DNA of 64,000 nt. It comes from Amoeboaphelidium protococcarum X5 (Eukaryota > Fungi > Aphelidiomycota). Both the position numbers and the translations under genes were made by a program. Location of the stretch: NCBI GenBank assembly GCA_023515725.1, contig JALDTO010000098.1:332463-396462 (forward strand), given 5' to 3'. The stretch's first letter is position 1. Every line of letters starts with the position of its first letter. Shown piece after piece: positions 1-12,159 of the stretch. The notes beneath the pieces are model-generated. The model made no database searches. It saw only the letters and a list, made by a program, of their open reading frames with translations, and had not been told where the DNA came from.

Positions 1-1135
1 GACTCAACGCCACGAAAACAAGAGATACAAGCACCGCCACGTTCATCTGCAAGAGAATCCTAGACTTTTATTGTAATGTCTGACCATAATCCACAACTAT
101 TCCACCGACTAGAGCAGATATAGTCCCAAACAAAGGAAACACCATTGAGAGAATAGCAGCCTGGCTCTCTTGAAGTTTAAATTAATCTGTAAAATACACA
201 GAGGTCCATGTAAGAAATATCTCTCGCAAAAGAGTGAGGCATACGCACATAACAATCAGCGTAAGGAATTTACCATTCCGAGAGTATTTCATGATCTTTT
301 ATAAAATACCACCACCACCTGACTACTTTGGCTTCTACCTCGTTGTTGTAGTGGATGGAGTTGAACTGAAATCTGCGCTCAGTCCATATTCAACGGGAGA
401 ATCTCTTAAGTACCAGAGAGAAGCTGCTCCGAAAATACTACTAAGAACAACAGAGATGTCAAATATATCCTACCACAATGTAAGAGCCTATTGAGAATCT
501 GTCACCTCGGTACTGTCAGTGAGATAAGTCATCACAGAGCCAAGCATAACTCGAATGACAACATCTCCTAAATTATAACTCAATGACGCATATCCAAACA
601 CTCTACCATGAAACTAGAGTGGATACCAATTGGACAATACATCAATCATTGAACCATATCCCGCCGCCTAAAAGAATCGTCCCATAGCCCAACAGACTGT
701 CATTAGTCGAAGTACGACCACAGATTACTACTTAATAACGTCATCGCTTTAATCTTCAATATGTCCATCCGAACTACTACTTGGTATGAGATTACCAGCA
801 CAGGCAAATGCGAAATTAAAGAATATTGACAATACTAAGCCATACTTGAATACAAAAGACCCTCCGAAATTGTCAATCATAACACCATGAAACAACTTTC
901 CAATGGCAAATGTAAAGTAGCCAATAGATAGAATGATTCCAAACATGGCTTTCCCATTCTAAGCTATAGAAGGCATAGACTTTATAAGAAGCGGGAGAGT
1001 AACAGTCAACTAAGTTCTGTTAAAGTAATAAGCACAGTACCCAAATATTAATGATAGAAGCGTAATCCATTAAAGTCGATTCAGCTACTATTATTTCAAT
1101 GAGCTTTCACTCAAATTCTTCACCGATCCAGTCAT
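1..1135 (-). CDS. MFS organophosphate transporter, GlpT/UhpC/SLC37-like (3' end runs off the window)
   Basis: ATG at 1135 is in frame with track ORF 749..946 when TAR=Gln. Motifs LIFGYCAYYFNRTQL, GYFTFAIGKLFHGVMID and NWYP...GRVFGYASLSYNLG resemble OPA-family MFS carriers. Confidence 0.75.
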
Positions 1136-1521
1136 CTATTTATAAATTACTTCTATTATATAAGCTATAAGTGAGTCTAAATATCTTAAAATATTTAATC
1201 CAAAGCAATAAGTGCAAGATAATACTAAACAGATAGAATAAAGACAACAAGGCACAGAAGGGCAAGTCAAACTTTGTTTTAAACGCCACGAGTTGAAACA
1301 AAAGATCGTCAAATATCATGCGATCGATCAGATTAGGATTATACAAGATGGTTTACATCACAAGAAATTAATATAAAATGTGAAAACTTGGATATATTAT
1401 GAGACAGTATGCGCGAAATTTTTATTAATTCTAGCCAATTTTATCGATTTGGTATTAGGAAACAGTACTAGATTCTACACTCGAGATATTCCGGTACACG
1501 GTGCAATATATCAGCTTTCTT

Positions 1522-3078
1522 TCAGTCATTTTGCTGATCAGAATTCTAATTGGAAGTTTCACTAAGACTAGTCAGCTGTGCTACTTCTTCATCTTGCTGT
1601 GATTCGCTCTAGACATTGTCAAATATATTCTTCACCTCCTAATCAGACTTACCCTCTAGAAAATATGCAACTGCCGAGTGTCCGATGGCCGTCACCATGC
1701 TGTAAGATATCACCGCACTGCCTCCAGAACTCACCCCGGGTATGAACATCAACTTCAGCATTTAGGAGAGGAAATATCGCGCAGTCAGAGCAGCCACTGA
1801 AGAGAATCCAATCACGGTCAAAAAGTTTTGCAACGATGCACTACGCTCCAAACTATTAGGAGGTGGCGCCGAGTCCTTAGACGACTGTATATTGGGTCTC
1901 CGACCAGAGCCAAGCTTGGATATAGTATATACAAGATAAGAGGTGAGTGCGGTCAAGGGAATCATGTCAGATGTAGGAATGGGAACGAGTGATATCACGG
2001 CAGCCATAGATGCAAAAATCTTGATTAGGAATACTGCAAAGTCCTTCTTCACCTGACTAGTTCTCGATGCTTGCACAGTCTTGAATAAAGCTTGGATTTA
2101 CACATTTCTCAAGAGCAAATCCAGTAAAGCATCCATGTTGTACCTGTAATCTCTTTTAGGATGTGGTAGAACATTACCATCATCATTCGGTGCCTACCAT
2201 ATAATAGCTGAAGACACAGCGACACATCCGACAATGAGCGAAGATAGTTGAGGAGAGTACTGATGAAAGTTCTTCAGAAATACCTGCTTGGCCAGATCAA
2301 TATTATCAAGTTTTTCCTAGTCATAATCTTCAGGCTTCTTGATATCGGATGGCTCAATCTCATCTGCATGAGTCAAGACGACAATCAGAGGTATCTTGGA
2401 TTGATATAGACGCGCCCGCTTTAAGATCTCAAGTAGCGCAGCCAAATCTGGCTCTATAGACACGTCAACTTCTTTAATCTTATGAAGTAAAAGTATCGCA
2501 TCGACCGGACAAATGGTGAGTGCATTCACTACAGAGTCTATGGCATTGTCCACAGTATCCTCTTCAGCTGGTCTGGCATCGTTATCAAAGAATCCCCTAG
2601 TGTCAATGATATCGAAACCTTGGTCATCATCAACTCGATACTACAACAGCTTTGCCTTACCAGTTTATGCCTTGACATGTCCGGGTTCAGCAACCTTTTG
2701 TCCAAGTAGAGCATTAATTAGCGAACTCTTACCAGCACCGCGGCGAGATACAACCGCAAGTCTAGGATATCGCGGCTTTTACAACAGTCTCATAAGGAAT
2801 CTGAGATTTCGCTGAAATTCATGCAGCTTGTCAATGTAAGGCGCAAACTTTTTATTAGAGGCACTTTTAGATACAGACTCAATCCAGGTGTCCGCTTGTT
2901 AATAGATTGATTTCAAGAATAAAGCTTCATCATCATCATCATTCGCAGTATCGCTTTACGTCAAATCTTGCATCTCGATACTCTCGCCCATTGTAGATGC
3001 ATCTTCATCCTAACCGTACTAACTATCAATGAGCTACTCTGTCAAAAAATCGAATCTAAACTTTTATCGTCGCTGCAT
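1522..3078 (-). CDS. P-loop GTPase (Era/HSR1-like) with C-terminal DUF697/YcjF-like hydrophobic domain
   Basis: Single frame from ATG 3078 to TGA 1522 joins track ORFs 2317..2553 and 1762..2076. G1 SRRGAGKSSLINAL, G3 DTRG, G4 THAD; C-terminal PIPTSDMIPLTAL. Confidence 0.75.
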
Positions 3079-3244
3079 ACTTTGACTTGATGGTCTATAT
3101 TATATTTATAGTTGTCGTATCACATCGGGATCGGCGCGGAAAGAAGGGAAATAACTTCCTAAAACTACTATAAAACAATGAACATATCAGTCAATAAATG
3201 TAAGGTATACTTCTTCTATGAATAGAACATTAAAATCAATAATG

Positions 3245-5083
3245 TCATGAGATTTGAGCAGCTAGAAAGAGTGATGATGTTATAATTGCTGGCAGAGTGA
3301 GACTGAGACCAGCATCGAGTGAAAATTTGATGGGTGAAATTTTAGCGTCACCGTGTTGCAATAACATTGGTGACACGATTTTGATCCATAGTAGACCAGC
3401 TAATGCCGCGTTAATGCTTAGATTGCCACCCAGATTACTTCCTAAGATAAGAGAATATATGGCGGAGGAGAATGACTTTTGAATTAATTCAGCATCGTGT
3501 AATCTCTGCAGACCACACACGAATGACGGATGGATAAAGATTTTAGTGAGTAGCACGGTGAGAGGCTGATTGTTGAAGACGACACAAAGAGCAGAGGCAA
3601 GTAGTGACATGACCACAGTGACGCTGTAAATACCATTAGTCTACATCAAATCAATGATAAGTTCTTGGAATAACCAGGACATTCTGCTCAACCAGCCTTG
3701 TGAGTCAAGAGCTTCAACCAGCACAAACATGCACAAGATGAATGGCGCAATTTTCCACGGCATTCTCTCAGCAACTTGACGTACTCTTGCTGGAATATAT
3801 CGCGTCATAAGGCGCAGAAAAGGCCATAAACTATATCTCTAGGATGTATTTGTATTCATCAGTGGAGCTGATGCAACAATATCATCATCAACTTCGGTCG
3901 TTTACAATTGGGACATCTCAATAAGAAGACTATCATTAGGGTGGTGATCAACTTGCCTGAAAGTGAATCGATTATAAATACAATCTTTGAGTAGCGCCAA
4001 TAAGGCAGAAGGTAAAGTGATGACCCATAATGGTATACGTAGTGGGCTTGACGCGATTAGGAGGAAGAGACATACGCCTAGTACTGAACAACTGGCGATC
4101 AGACTCCATTTCTCGTCAATTTATAATGAATCTCGCGACTTATCACCGCTAATATACTTTAGAGGTCCACCAGAAGTAGAATATCTACTCTTTACTCGTA
4201 TAATCATCTCTTGATACCTCTTGATAGAAAGAGGTATGGTAGGTCCACTATCACCGGATGTAAGCGCACTGAATAAACCAAATCGGATGTACGAGCATAT
4301 GAACACCACAATCCCAGCAATCAAACACGGAACCATGAATATACTAGCGTATTGCATAAAACTTAGATTAAGAGCACTAGACACAATAACATTGGTAGGA
4401 TTCCCAATATAAAATCCCATACTGAATGTATTGGCCACGACAAACTGCAAAATCATAAATGGATACGCATCGAAATGATTAATCTAACAGATTTTTATCA
4501 GTATCGGAGTCAGGGTGAGAATAACAACGTCGTTGGACAATAGGAGAGTAGCAATAGCAGTAAACAGATAGAATACAATGTAAAATTAATGATATTGGGC
4601 CAACTTGGCCTTAACTTGAATCACGTCCATAATTTCATCCTAATCTTCACCATCAAGTGAATATTTATTCCCATCTTGATCAGATTACTATCTAAAAATC
4701 GACCGAGATATGGTTTATGCTATAAGAGAAAATATTCCAGAGCAGTCAACACTAATGCACAGATATGCAAGAGAAAAGAATAGAATGAATATGGCATACG
4801 GCTAGATGTGCCCAGAGCCAATGATACCACTCCACAGATCAGCCAAAGATACACCACCAATGCAGAGATTAGCTAATGTGACAATAAGCGCAGACATACA
4901 ATAATCAATCTCATATCTTCTAATCTTGATATCTAACGAAATCGGGATGAGACTGATCAAGAAGGACACCAATAAGAAGTAAGACTTGAAAGTTAACGGC
5001 AAAAATCCCAGATCTTGACCATTATTAAGTTGCCGAGCCATGCAAAACTCGGTCATGTTCCCACTTTCAGTAATTGATTCCAT
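3245..5083 (-). CDS. ArsB/NhaD/citrate-transporter superfamily permease
   Basis: Track ORFs 4802.., 4121.. and 3245.. share one frame. Motifs LSNDVVILTLTP, IGNPTNVIV, FNNQP and GSNLGGNLSINAALAGLLW; ends at TGA 3245. Confidence 0.8.
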
Positions 5084-5371
5084 TATCGCTATTAGGTACA
5101 AATTAAACACAAAAATTATGGACAAAGTTGGAGTGAATATTACAAGATAAAAAGACAATCAGTCGTATGGAAGAGCAAAGCTAAAAATTATAAAACAAAC
5201 TAAGAAACTGTTTCACCTCTATTTTTAATGTGAAACAGATCGACTTTGATCAGTGTGAAACATTTCATTCAACCCCCTCTTTTTGTAGCAATTTCAGAAG
5301 GTCGATCGTATTTAAGTCTAGCTCAGTACGTTAAGGAAGATACGTGCGTTTTAACTAATTGAGTCGTATCA

Positions 5372-5965
5372 TCATTTTTAACATCTTTTGATGTAGCCGC
5401 AGAAGTGAACATAATTTGCCCTGTAAGCAGACTCGATATCTTACTTAGGAATCTTATTTCCGCGATAGTCAACAGTCATCACAGGACTTGTACCAGGCTT
5501 GTGCCACCATTCTTCAGCAGTTGAACCTTCCTCGCCTGGTCTCATCAAGCGAAACCAGTGTTGATCGCCAAAATCAAAGGTTACCACTCCGGCCATATAA
5601 TGACATTTGATGTTGTCTGAATAGTTTCCCACTTGGTCTTTACTCACCCTCACGCCACCATCATTGATAGCTGCCTGAATGATGCTGTGACACGTGAAAT
5701 TGTTACTGAAATTATATATTTTAGCCGGAGCTAACAAGCCAGAAGCGAAACGATAGCAGTTATTATCACTCACAAACTCTGGTTGCTTCCACTTTTGGGG
5801 CACTTTTGGATTATCAGTAGTCTACACTTCTTGCATAACGCGCTACATTATTTTCAAGTCAGCTTTACTAACGCCTGGCGCCACCATTTCACCATTAGGT
5901 ACACCCAAAATTCCCATACAAAATATAGAGGAAATCAGTACAAACATTTAGAATTAACAATGCAT
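5372..5965 (-). CDS. Small putatively secreted protein (~197 aa) with NNCY / HWFR / WWHKPG / FCGY motifs; possible papain-like Cys-His enzyme
   Basis: ATG 5965 followed by hydrophobic leader MFVLISSIFCMGILG; in frame with track ORF 5441..5803; ends at TGA 5372. Confidence 0.65.
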
Positions 5966-6462
5966 TCTCCCTTTATATTTATTATAATCTATGCACGTGT
6001 GAATAGTTGAAGCAAGATACGTGGTCTTAAACTAGTTGACTAAAATTAGGATGAGAAAGAAGTGACTGAATGCTCAATGTCTCAGATCATTAATTTCTCA
6101 GTAATGCTACATGTGATCTTGGCGGTCTATCCTTATTGGTGAGATGAGACTTCGCGTCTCAGCAGATGATCAGTATATTAAATCAGATGTAACATCAATT
6201 CCGTGGGTATTCTCACATACCACCATTATAGCCGCTGCATTTATAAAGAACCACTTTATAAGCATACGATTGCTGTGAAATTCCCTTTGTTTAATACGCT
6301 ATCTATCGTTTGTGCATTATAGATACAGAATACTTTTGATACTGCGTCTACCGTTAATGCATTGTGGCTTGCAACGTTGGTCTCTTTTGCGCATTAATCT
6401 TAGACGCTTCTATATATTTTTATTATCATTATCCGCATACCAAAATATCTAAATTATTAAAG

Positions 6463-7815
6463 ATGAATTATATATTCATTGGCTAGTACATCCACTGCCT
6501 AAGTTTTGATGAAGTGGAGATGAAGAGTGGTGTGATTGTGGTTAAGGATGGCCGTGTGGAGCGTTTGGAATCCGCCATCCCTGAGGACATTGATAGCGCT
6601 CAGTATGAAATAGTCACTTTGCATGAAAACTAATTTCTCTTACCCGGCTTTATTGATACGCACTTCCACGCTCCTCAATATCTCAATCTTGGTCTTGGTC
6701 TGGATTTGCCTTTGCTCGATTGGTTGAATAAATACACGTTCCCCAGAGAGACGCTTTTCCAAGATGCTGACGTGGCACGCGCTGTGTACCCGCACGTTGC
6801 ACGCAAGACTATCTAGAATGGAACTACATCCTGTGTGTATTACGCCACTATTCATCTGCAGTCATGTAAGGTATTGGCTGATATTGTCAGTGAGATGGGA
6901 TAGCGTGCTCTGGTTGGACTCGTCAACATGGATAGAAACTCACCCGATACTCTTGTGCAGTCAACTGATTAGTCACTGCGAGACAGTGAAGAGTTTATCA
7001 CCTACGTTTAATAAGAGCTAAAATCAGACAAGGTAAGACCTGTCATAACTCCAAGATTTGCAATCTCATGTACCGATGAACTGTTGGCGGGGTTGGGAAA
7101 GTTGGCGCAAAAGTATCAAGTTCCAGTATAGAGCCATTTGTCTGAGAATTTGAAAGAGATCGAGTGGACGATGCAGCTATTCCCTAAGTGTAAGACGTAT
7201 TCCCAAGTCTATGACACTCATGGATTAATGAACACGTAAACTATCATGGCTCATGGTGTGCATCTGAGTGACGAAGAATTACAGTTGCTATCTTAACGCG
7301 GCGTTGGCATTGCTCATTGTGCCAATAGCAACTTTAGCATCTTGTCTGGAGTGTGCGATGTCAGGCGACTTATTTCTGCCGGAGTCAAAGTTGGTCTCGG
7401 TACAGATGTTGGTGCCGGGTCTTCAGTCTCAATGCTGGATGCTATGAGAAACACGGTGACAGCATCGAAAGTACTGGCTCAGCAAAAGGATTAGCTCAAT
7501 CTATAGCTTACACCATATCATGCTCTATATTTGGCTACTATGGGCGGTGCTCAGTTGATGAATGACGCGGATAAGATTGGAAACTTTCTACCTGGTAAGA
7601 GATTCGATGCTCTTGTGGTTAAAGTTTGCGGGAAAGATGATACCAAGAACATTAAACATAGGGATAATAGAGTTATGACGGGAATGTCAACCGCAAGCGA
7701 CAACATTGATGTCTGGAATGTGGATTCTCTTCAAGACAAGTTTCACAGATTTTTCTACTCTGGCGATGACCGTAACATTATAAATGTCTTCATTGACGGA
7801 AAGCGCGTCAAGTGA
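6463..7815 (+). CDS. GDA: Guanine deaminase (amidohydrolase)
   Basis: LPGFIDTHFHAPQY, LLDWLNKYTFP, VITPRFA, VQSHLSEN (Q encoded by TAG 7129), VGLGTDVGAG and GDDRNI; ends at TGA 7813-7815. Confidence 0.93.
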
Positions 7816-7889
7816 ATAAAAATTTGAGTACCTCAGGGCAAAATTTAATTCTTATATACTGTAATTGATTTTTTTGAACTTGAAATGTA

Positions 7890-9800
7890 AAGAATTTTGG
7901 TTCGCTTCTTGGATGAACTTGGTTGGATAGGACTAAATGGGAGTATTGTAAGCGCACCAAAACGTTGGAATGCGAGAGATTTCAGCTCCTAAAGCGGCCT
8001 TATGTTCGGGCTATCTCTTCATAGTTGAATGGCAATTCATACAAATTGTCTCGCGATACAAGACTAAATGGGTAATTAAGTAATGTTTCTAAATGGTTCT
8101 AGAACTGCGCTCTAATTGTGAATTTGTAATGCTATGGTATTTAATTGCTGAAGATCATAAGAATTTTCCGTAGATACACTCCATCAGTTGTTCGTAATGG
8201 GCGTTCGTCAATCTGGCTATATTGAGATTTACTAATAAAGACAAACTAATAATCGTTTAAGTCTTCTCTTACATAGGTATAAGTGGTCGCATGAAAAGTA
8301 AAAGTCAGCGAGAGTTGCAAGGCCGGTTTACGCGTATACTTTGAGTTAAATCAGCGCTAGCTCTCCTAATAATGAATTCCTTGAATAGAGTAGTATCAAC
8401 TGGAGTTCGGATTAAAGAGGGTCGTACTTAACGTCCTTGATCAGTCTAAACTGGAATTGAAAGGGCCGACAATTGTTCATGGCTCGTCGCTGTGAGTATT
8501 AACGCGCGGAAATAGCACGTTTAACTCCGCGATTTGCATAGAGTAATGCCATCCGTTGTACTCCTTGCCATTGGACTTAGACTTACCCTCCAATGCTTTG
8601 TTCCAAAGATTTAGCCCCAGCCAATGTCACAAATAAAGACCGCTAAAAATTAGATATTATCTTCTTCCAGGTGAGTTCTCTGACTATTGTAAAGCTCGAA
8701 TGACTTAAGTTTTAATGCAGATTTGATGAGTGGTACTATATCGCAATGTTCGCAAACGTCGACAAGTATGCAGAGAGTAAGCTCACAAAATGGATGCAGC
8801 ACTGTACTTTAATGTAGCTAGCGGTTGGTCACATTGAATATTTGGAGAATTGTTTGTCCCGTCGACTTATGCAAAATGATGGTAGTATCTCTTCGCTGGC
8901 TTTCAATAAAGGACCAAAAAGAAATGTCGTGCTGTGGCTGGTTTATTATCTGAAGTTTGAAGAGAGAATGGGAATAAGACCAATAAATCTTCTAATATCT
9001 TCACGCGTAAAATGGGAGCGTGTCTGATGTAGAAGTTAGATTGAGTACTTAGGATGGTCAGAGCAGTGAGCAAAGCTTTCCGCTGTACGGTGCGTAGCTA
9101 CGCGGCGACGAAACGCGGACTTCTTGGCTAGATCTTTACATTAGACCACACCCATCATGCTGGAACACATTGTCGGTTCTGATATCTCTGGTCAAAGTTG
9201 CGGCGTGTTTGGTCGTGCTCTGGCGCATTATGGCATGGTTTAGTGCCAACGGAATTGAAACGAAAGATCTTAGGATATAGCTGTTGGGATCATCTAGTCC
9301 ACCGTGAAGGATGATTTAAAGATTCTCATTACAAGTCAGAAGTTTGCGTACAAGTGCATAAAAGTTATCTAGAACTTGTTTGATAAAAAGTCAAAGTTCG
9401 AGCTACTTCTTAAGGGTGGTAGGTTTACTGTTTATACCGATCATATTGCCTTAACGTTTCTGCTTTCGTTGAAGTATACAATTCCGACGTGGGGACGCCG
9501 GTTGGAATACCTTCTGCAATAAGATTTTAATGTGGTCCGTATTCCAGGAGAGAAGAACGTCATAGTGGATGCATTGTCTAGCAATATGAGAAAAATGGAA
9601 GTTGGGGCGAAAGTGGGAGGTTTAGGAAGGCCATAGAGTTTCACGCTTAGATTTGATGCTTCCTGAAGACCATGTATTGAGACGCTTACCATATAGTGAG
9701 ATTGAGGGCTTAGTGTTGAAAATGACAAACGGTAGTTGTTGGAAACTGTGCATGAAGTTGGACACGTTGGCAGTAATCAAACGTTTGCGACAATATTTCA
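7890..9800 (+). mobile_element. Degenerate Ty3/Gypsy-type LTR retrotransposon pol remnant; boundaries approximate
   Basis: RNase H-like FTVYTDHIALTFL...LLQxDFNVVRIPGEKNVIVDALS (~9424-9580) and integrase Zn-finger start LETVHEVGHVG (~9736-9772). Upstream RT-like sequence is frameshifted. No LTRs were recognised. Confidence 0.7.
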
Positions 9801-10213
9801 TGTGCAATGCACTTTTGATCCAATCACTGACACGGCTGCAACAACAAATATTTCACTTGATAAAGATAACTGTCGAATAGTTGATATCTGTCTAATCTTT
9901 GCATTCGCCCAATCTGACGATCCGTAGTGTTCTTCTAGTGCGGTTGACGCTGCTAAATAATTGCCAGGTTGTCTCGCCAATGCTTCTTTGTAGGAAGTAT
10001 AGAGCAATGACAAAAGGTTGGACGCGAGCAATATAGAATTTTTCACGCTGCGAGATATAATAGGAGAAACTGGATACTGTGAAGCGATTTAGAAGACTAA
10101 AATATTTAAAAATTACGTTATCATTGGTTATATTTCATATCCAAATTCATAAATGTCCTTCCATTGTGTAAATGCCAATTATCACTTACATGATCATGCG
10201 AAACGACTCAAGA

Positions 10214-11512
10214 TCAGTACTTGTAATCCTTGACGTGTAAGCTTTCTGAACCAGCACCAGACATACCAGCCTCATGCTTAGAAGCTTCATACTGACCCAG
10301 AGCAGCCAGGCTATTAGCCTTGGCTCTAACCAACAGAATACGCTGAGCCTCCTTCACATTCTCCTCCTTACCCTGCCATGCCTTCAACACTGAAGCTTAC
10401 AGAGCACGTCCGTAAGAGAAAGTCAATGCCCAAGGCTTCTTCACAAAACAACTTCCCTGCTTCTAGCCATTGGTAGAAGTTGGAGATGGAACAGCAGCTG
10501 CAACGTTGATATCATTCAAATTCTGAGTAGCCTCCTGCTCACTCTGGCCACCACTCAAAAAAGTGACACCACCAACTGAAGATGGCACACAGCGTCTCAG
10601 TACAGCAGCAGTGGCCACGGCAACATCAGCACTACTAACCTTACCCGTGAAGTCCACACCAGGACATACCATGTTCGGCTTCAGCAGAGTACCCTCCAAA
10701 TACACATTGTTCACGTGCAGGCGATAGTAGACTGCAGACAGCACACGGGTGGCAACTCTCACAGCAACTTCCAAGTCATGATCACCATCCATCAGAATCT
10801 CAGGCTCAACAATAGGCACTAAACCATTAGCCTGACAGATGGCAGCATAACGAGCAAGCACCTCAGCATTCTCATCAATAGACAACTGCGATGGACATCC
10901 AGTCTTGGTGTCAATCTTGAGCACACTACGCCACTTTGCAAATCTCGCTCCATCCTAGTAGTACTTGGCACAGCGCTCACCCAGACCGTCCAAACCTTGA
11001 GTGGTAGTTTCATTATCAGTACCAGGCAGATGCACGACACCCTTGTCAACCTTGATACCAACTAGAATACCAGCATCGCGAATGACATCAACGAATCTGC
11101 GACCATCCTTCGTCTTCTAGTACAAAGTCTCCTCAAAGAAGATGACGCCGCCCAAATACTGACTCAACTCTACACACACACACACACACAAACACCTCAA
11201 TAAGAAGTCGAAAGTTAAAATATAAGCACACACTCATATACATATATAAGATTTACCTTTAGGATCAGCAGTGAACAATAGCTCACGGTAGCGGCGTCTG
11301 TTCTCTTCATTGTTCTCCAAAGAGATTGGCTGAAAGCGCTTGCCAATAGTTCCGGTACTTTCGTCTGCAGCGAGAATACCCTTACCGGCAGCGACGATTG
11401 CCTGTGCGTTCTTGTACAGCTCTTGTACACGCTCCTCGCTCAACTTTGGCGTATGTGGAGCTAGTCCAGAAGTATAAGTGATCGATGCGTCCTTAATAGA
11501 AGTTCCTGCCAT
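10214..11512 (-). CDS. ALDO: Fructose-bisphosphate aldolase, class I; intron 11170..11256
   Basis: [57 protein letters not shown] and a C-terminal Tyr before TGA 10214. GTAAAT...TGTAG intron. Confidence 0.96.
11172..11190. repeat. (CA)n microsatellite abutting the aldolase intron 3' splice site
   Basis: acacacacacacacacaca directly next to the acceptor; reads (TG)nTAG on the coding strand. Confidence 0.9.
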
Positions 11513-12159
11513 TATGAAATTGATGAGTATTACTTTAGTTGTTATATAGATTATACTTCGAAAATTATGTGAACGGCTCTATTACGAGAAGGCGACCAAA
11601 AGAGAGCGCGAATCGATCAACAACGAACGGTTAGAGTCCTAAAGGGCGCTGTGCTGTGCGAGTGAAAGAGAGCGCGCGTTTGTACCGGCAGTCAGGATGC
11701 GCGAGAAAGTGTTGACGATCTTCTAGCCATTTAAGTGCTCACGTGGCGTCCACTCATAGCGCTTAATTGGAAACAATCAGCTCGATGGTCTGTCTGATAT
11801 TATAATGACTGAGTTATCATAGAGTAGAGCACGCGATTCAACCCAGATTAAACGCGGTATCTACAGCTTGAGCGGGTTGTTAATTTGCTCATTTACTATA
11901 ACGCACACTATGACCTAAGGCTCTAGTATTTTCTGTTATGACTTTTTACGATGAAGTGGCACAATCTAATTTAGTTGTGATTGAGTAAAGCCAATCAGAG
12001 TTGGTGTTCTGGAGCACAACCAGTCAGCGCTTGGCCAACTTTGATGCACAGCGCTCTGTACTATGGTCACTTGCATTCTTCATTCAAAGTATTGTAGTAT
12101 CAATCAATAAGATTCCATTTGTTTGTGTATAACTATCGGACTTTCCAAGTAATAATACA

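Noticed and set aside
1-7815. Bacterial contamination or a chimeric contig at the left end
   Set aside because: These genes use the same TAR=Gln code and the same upstream motifs as the intron-containing genes.
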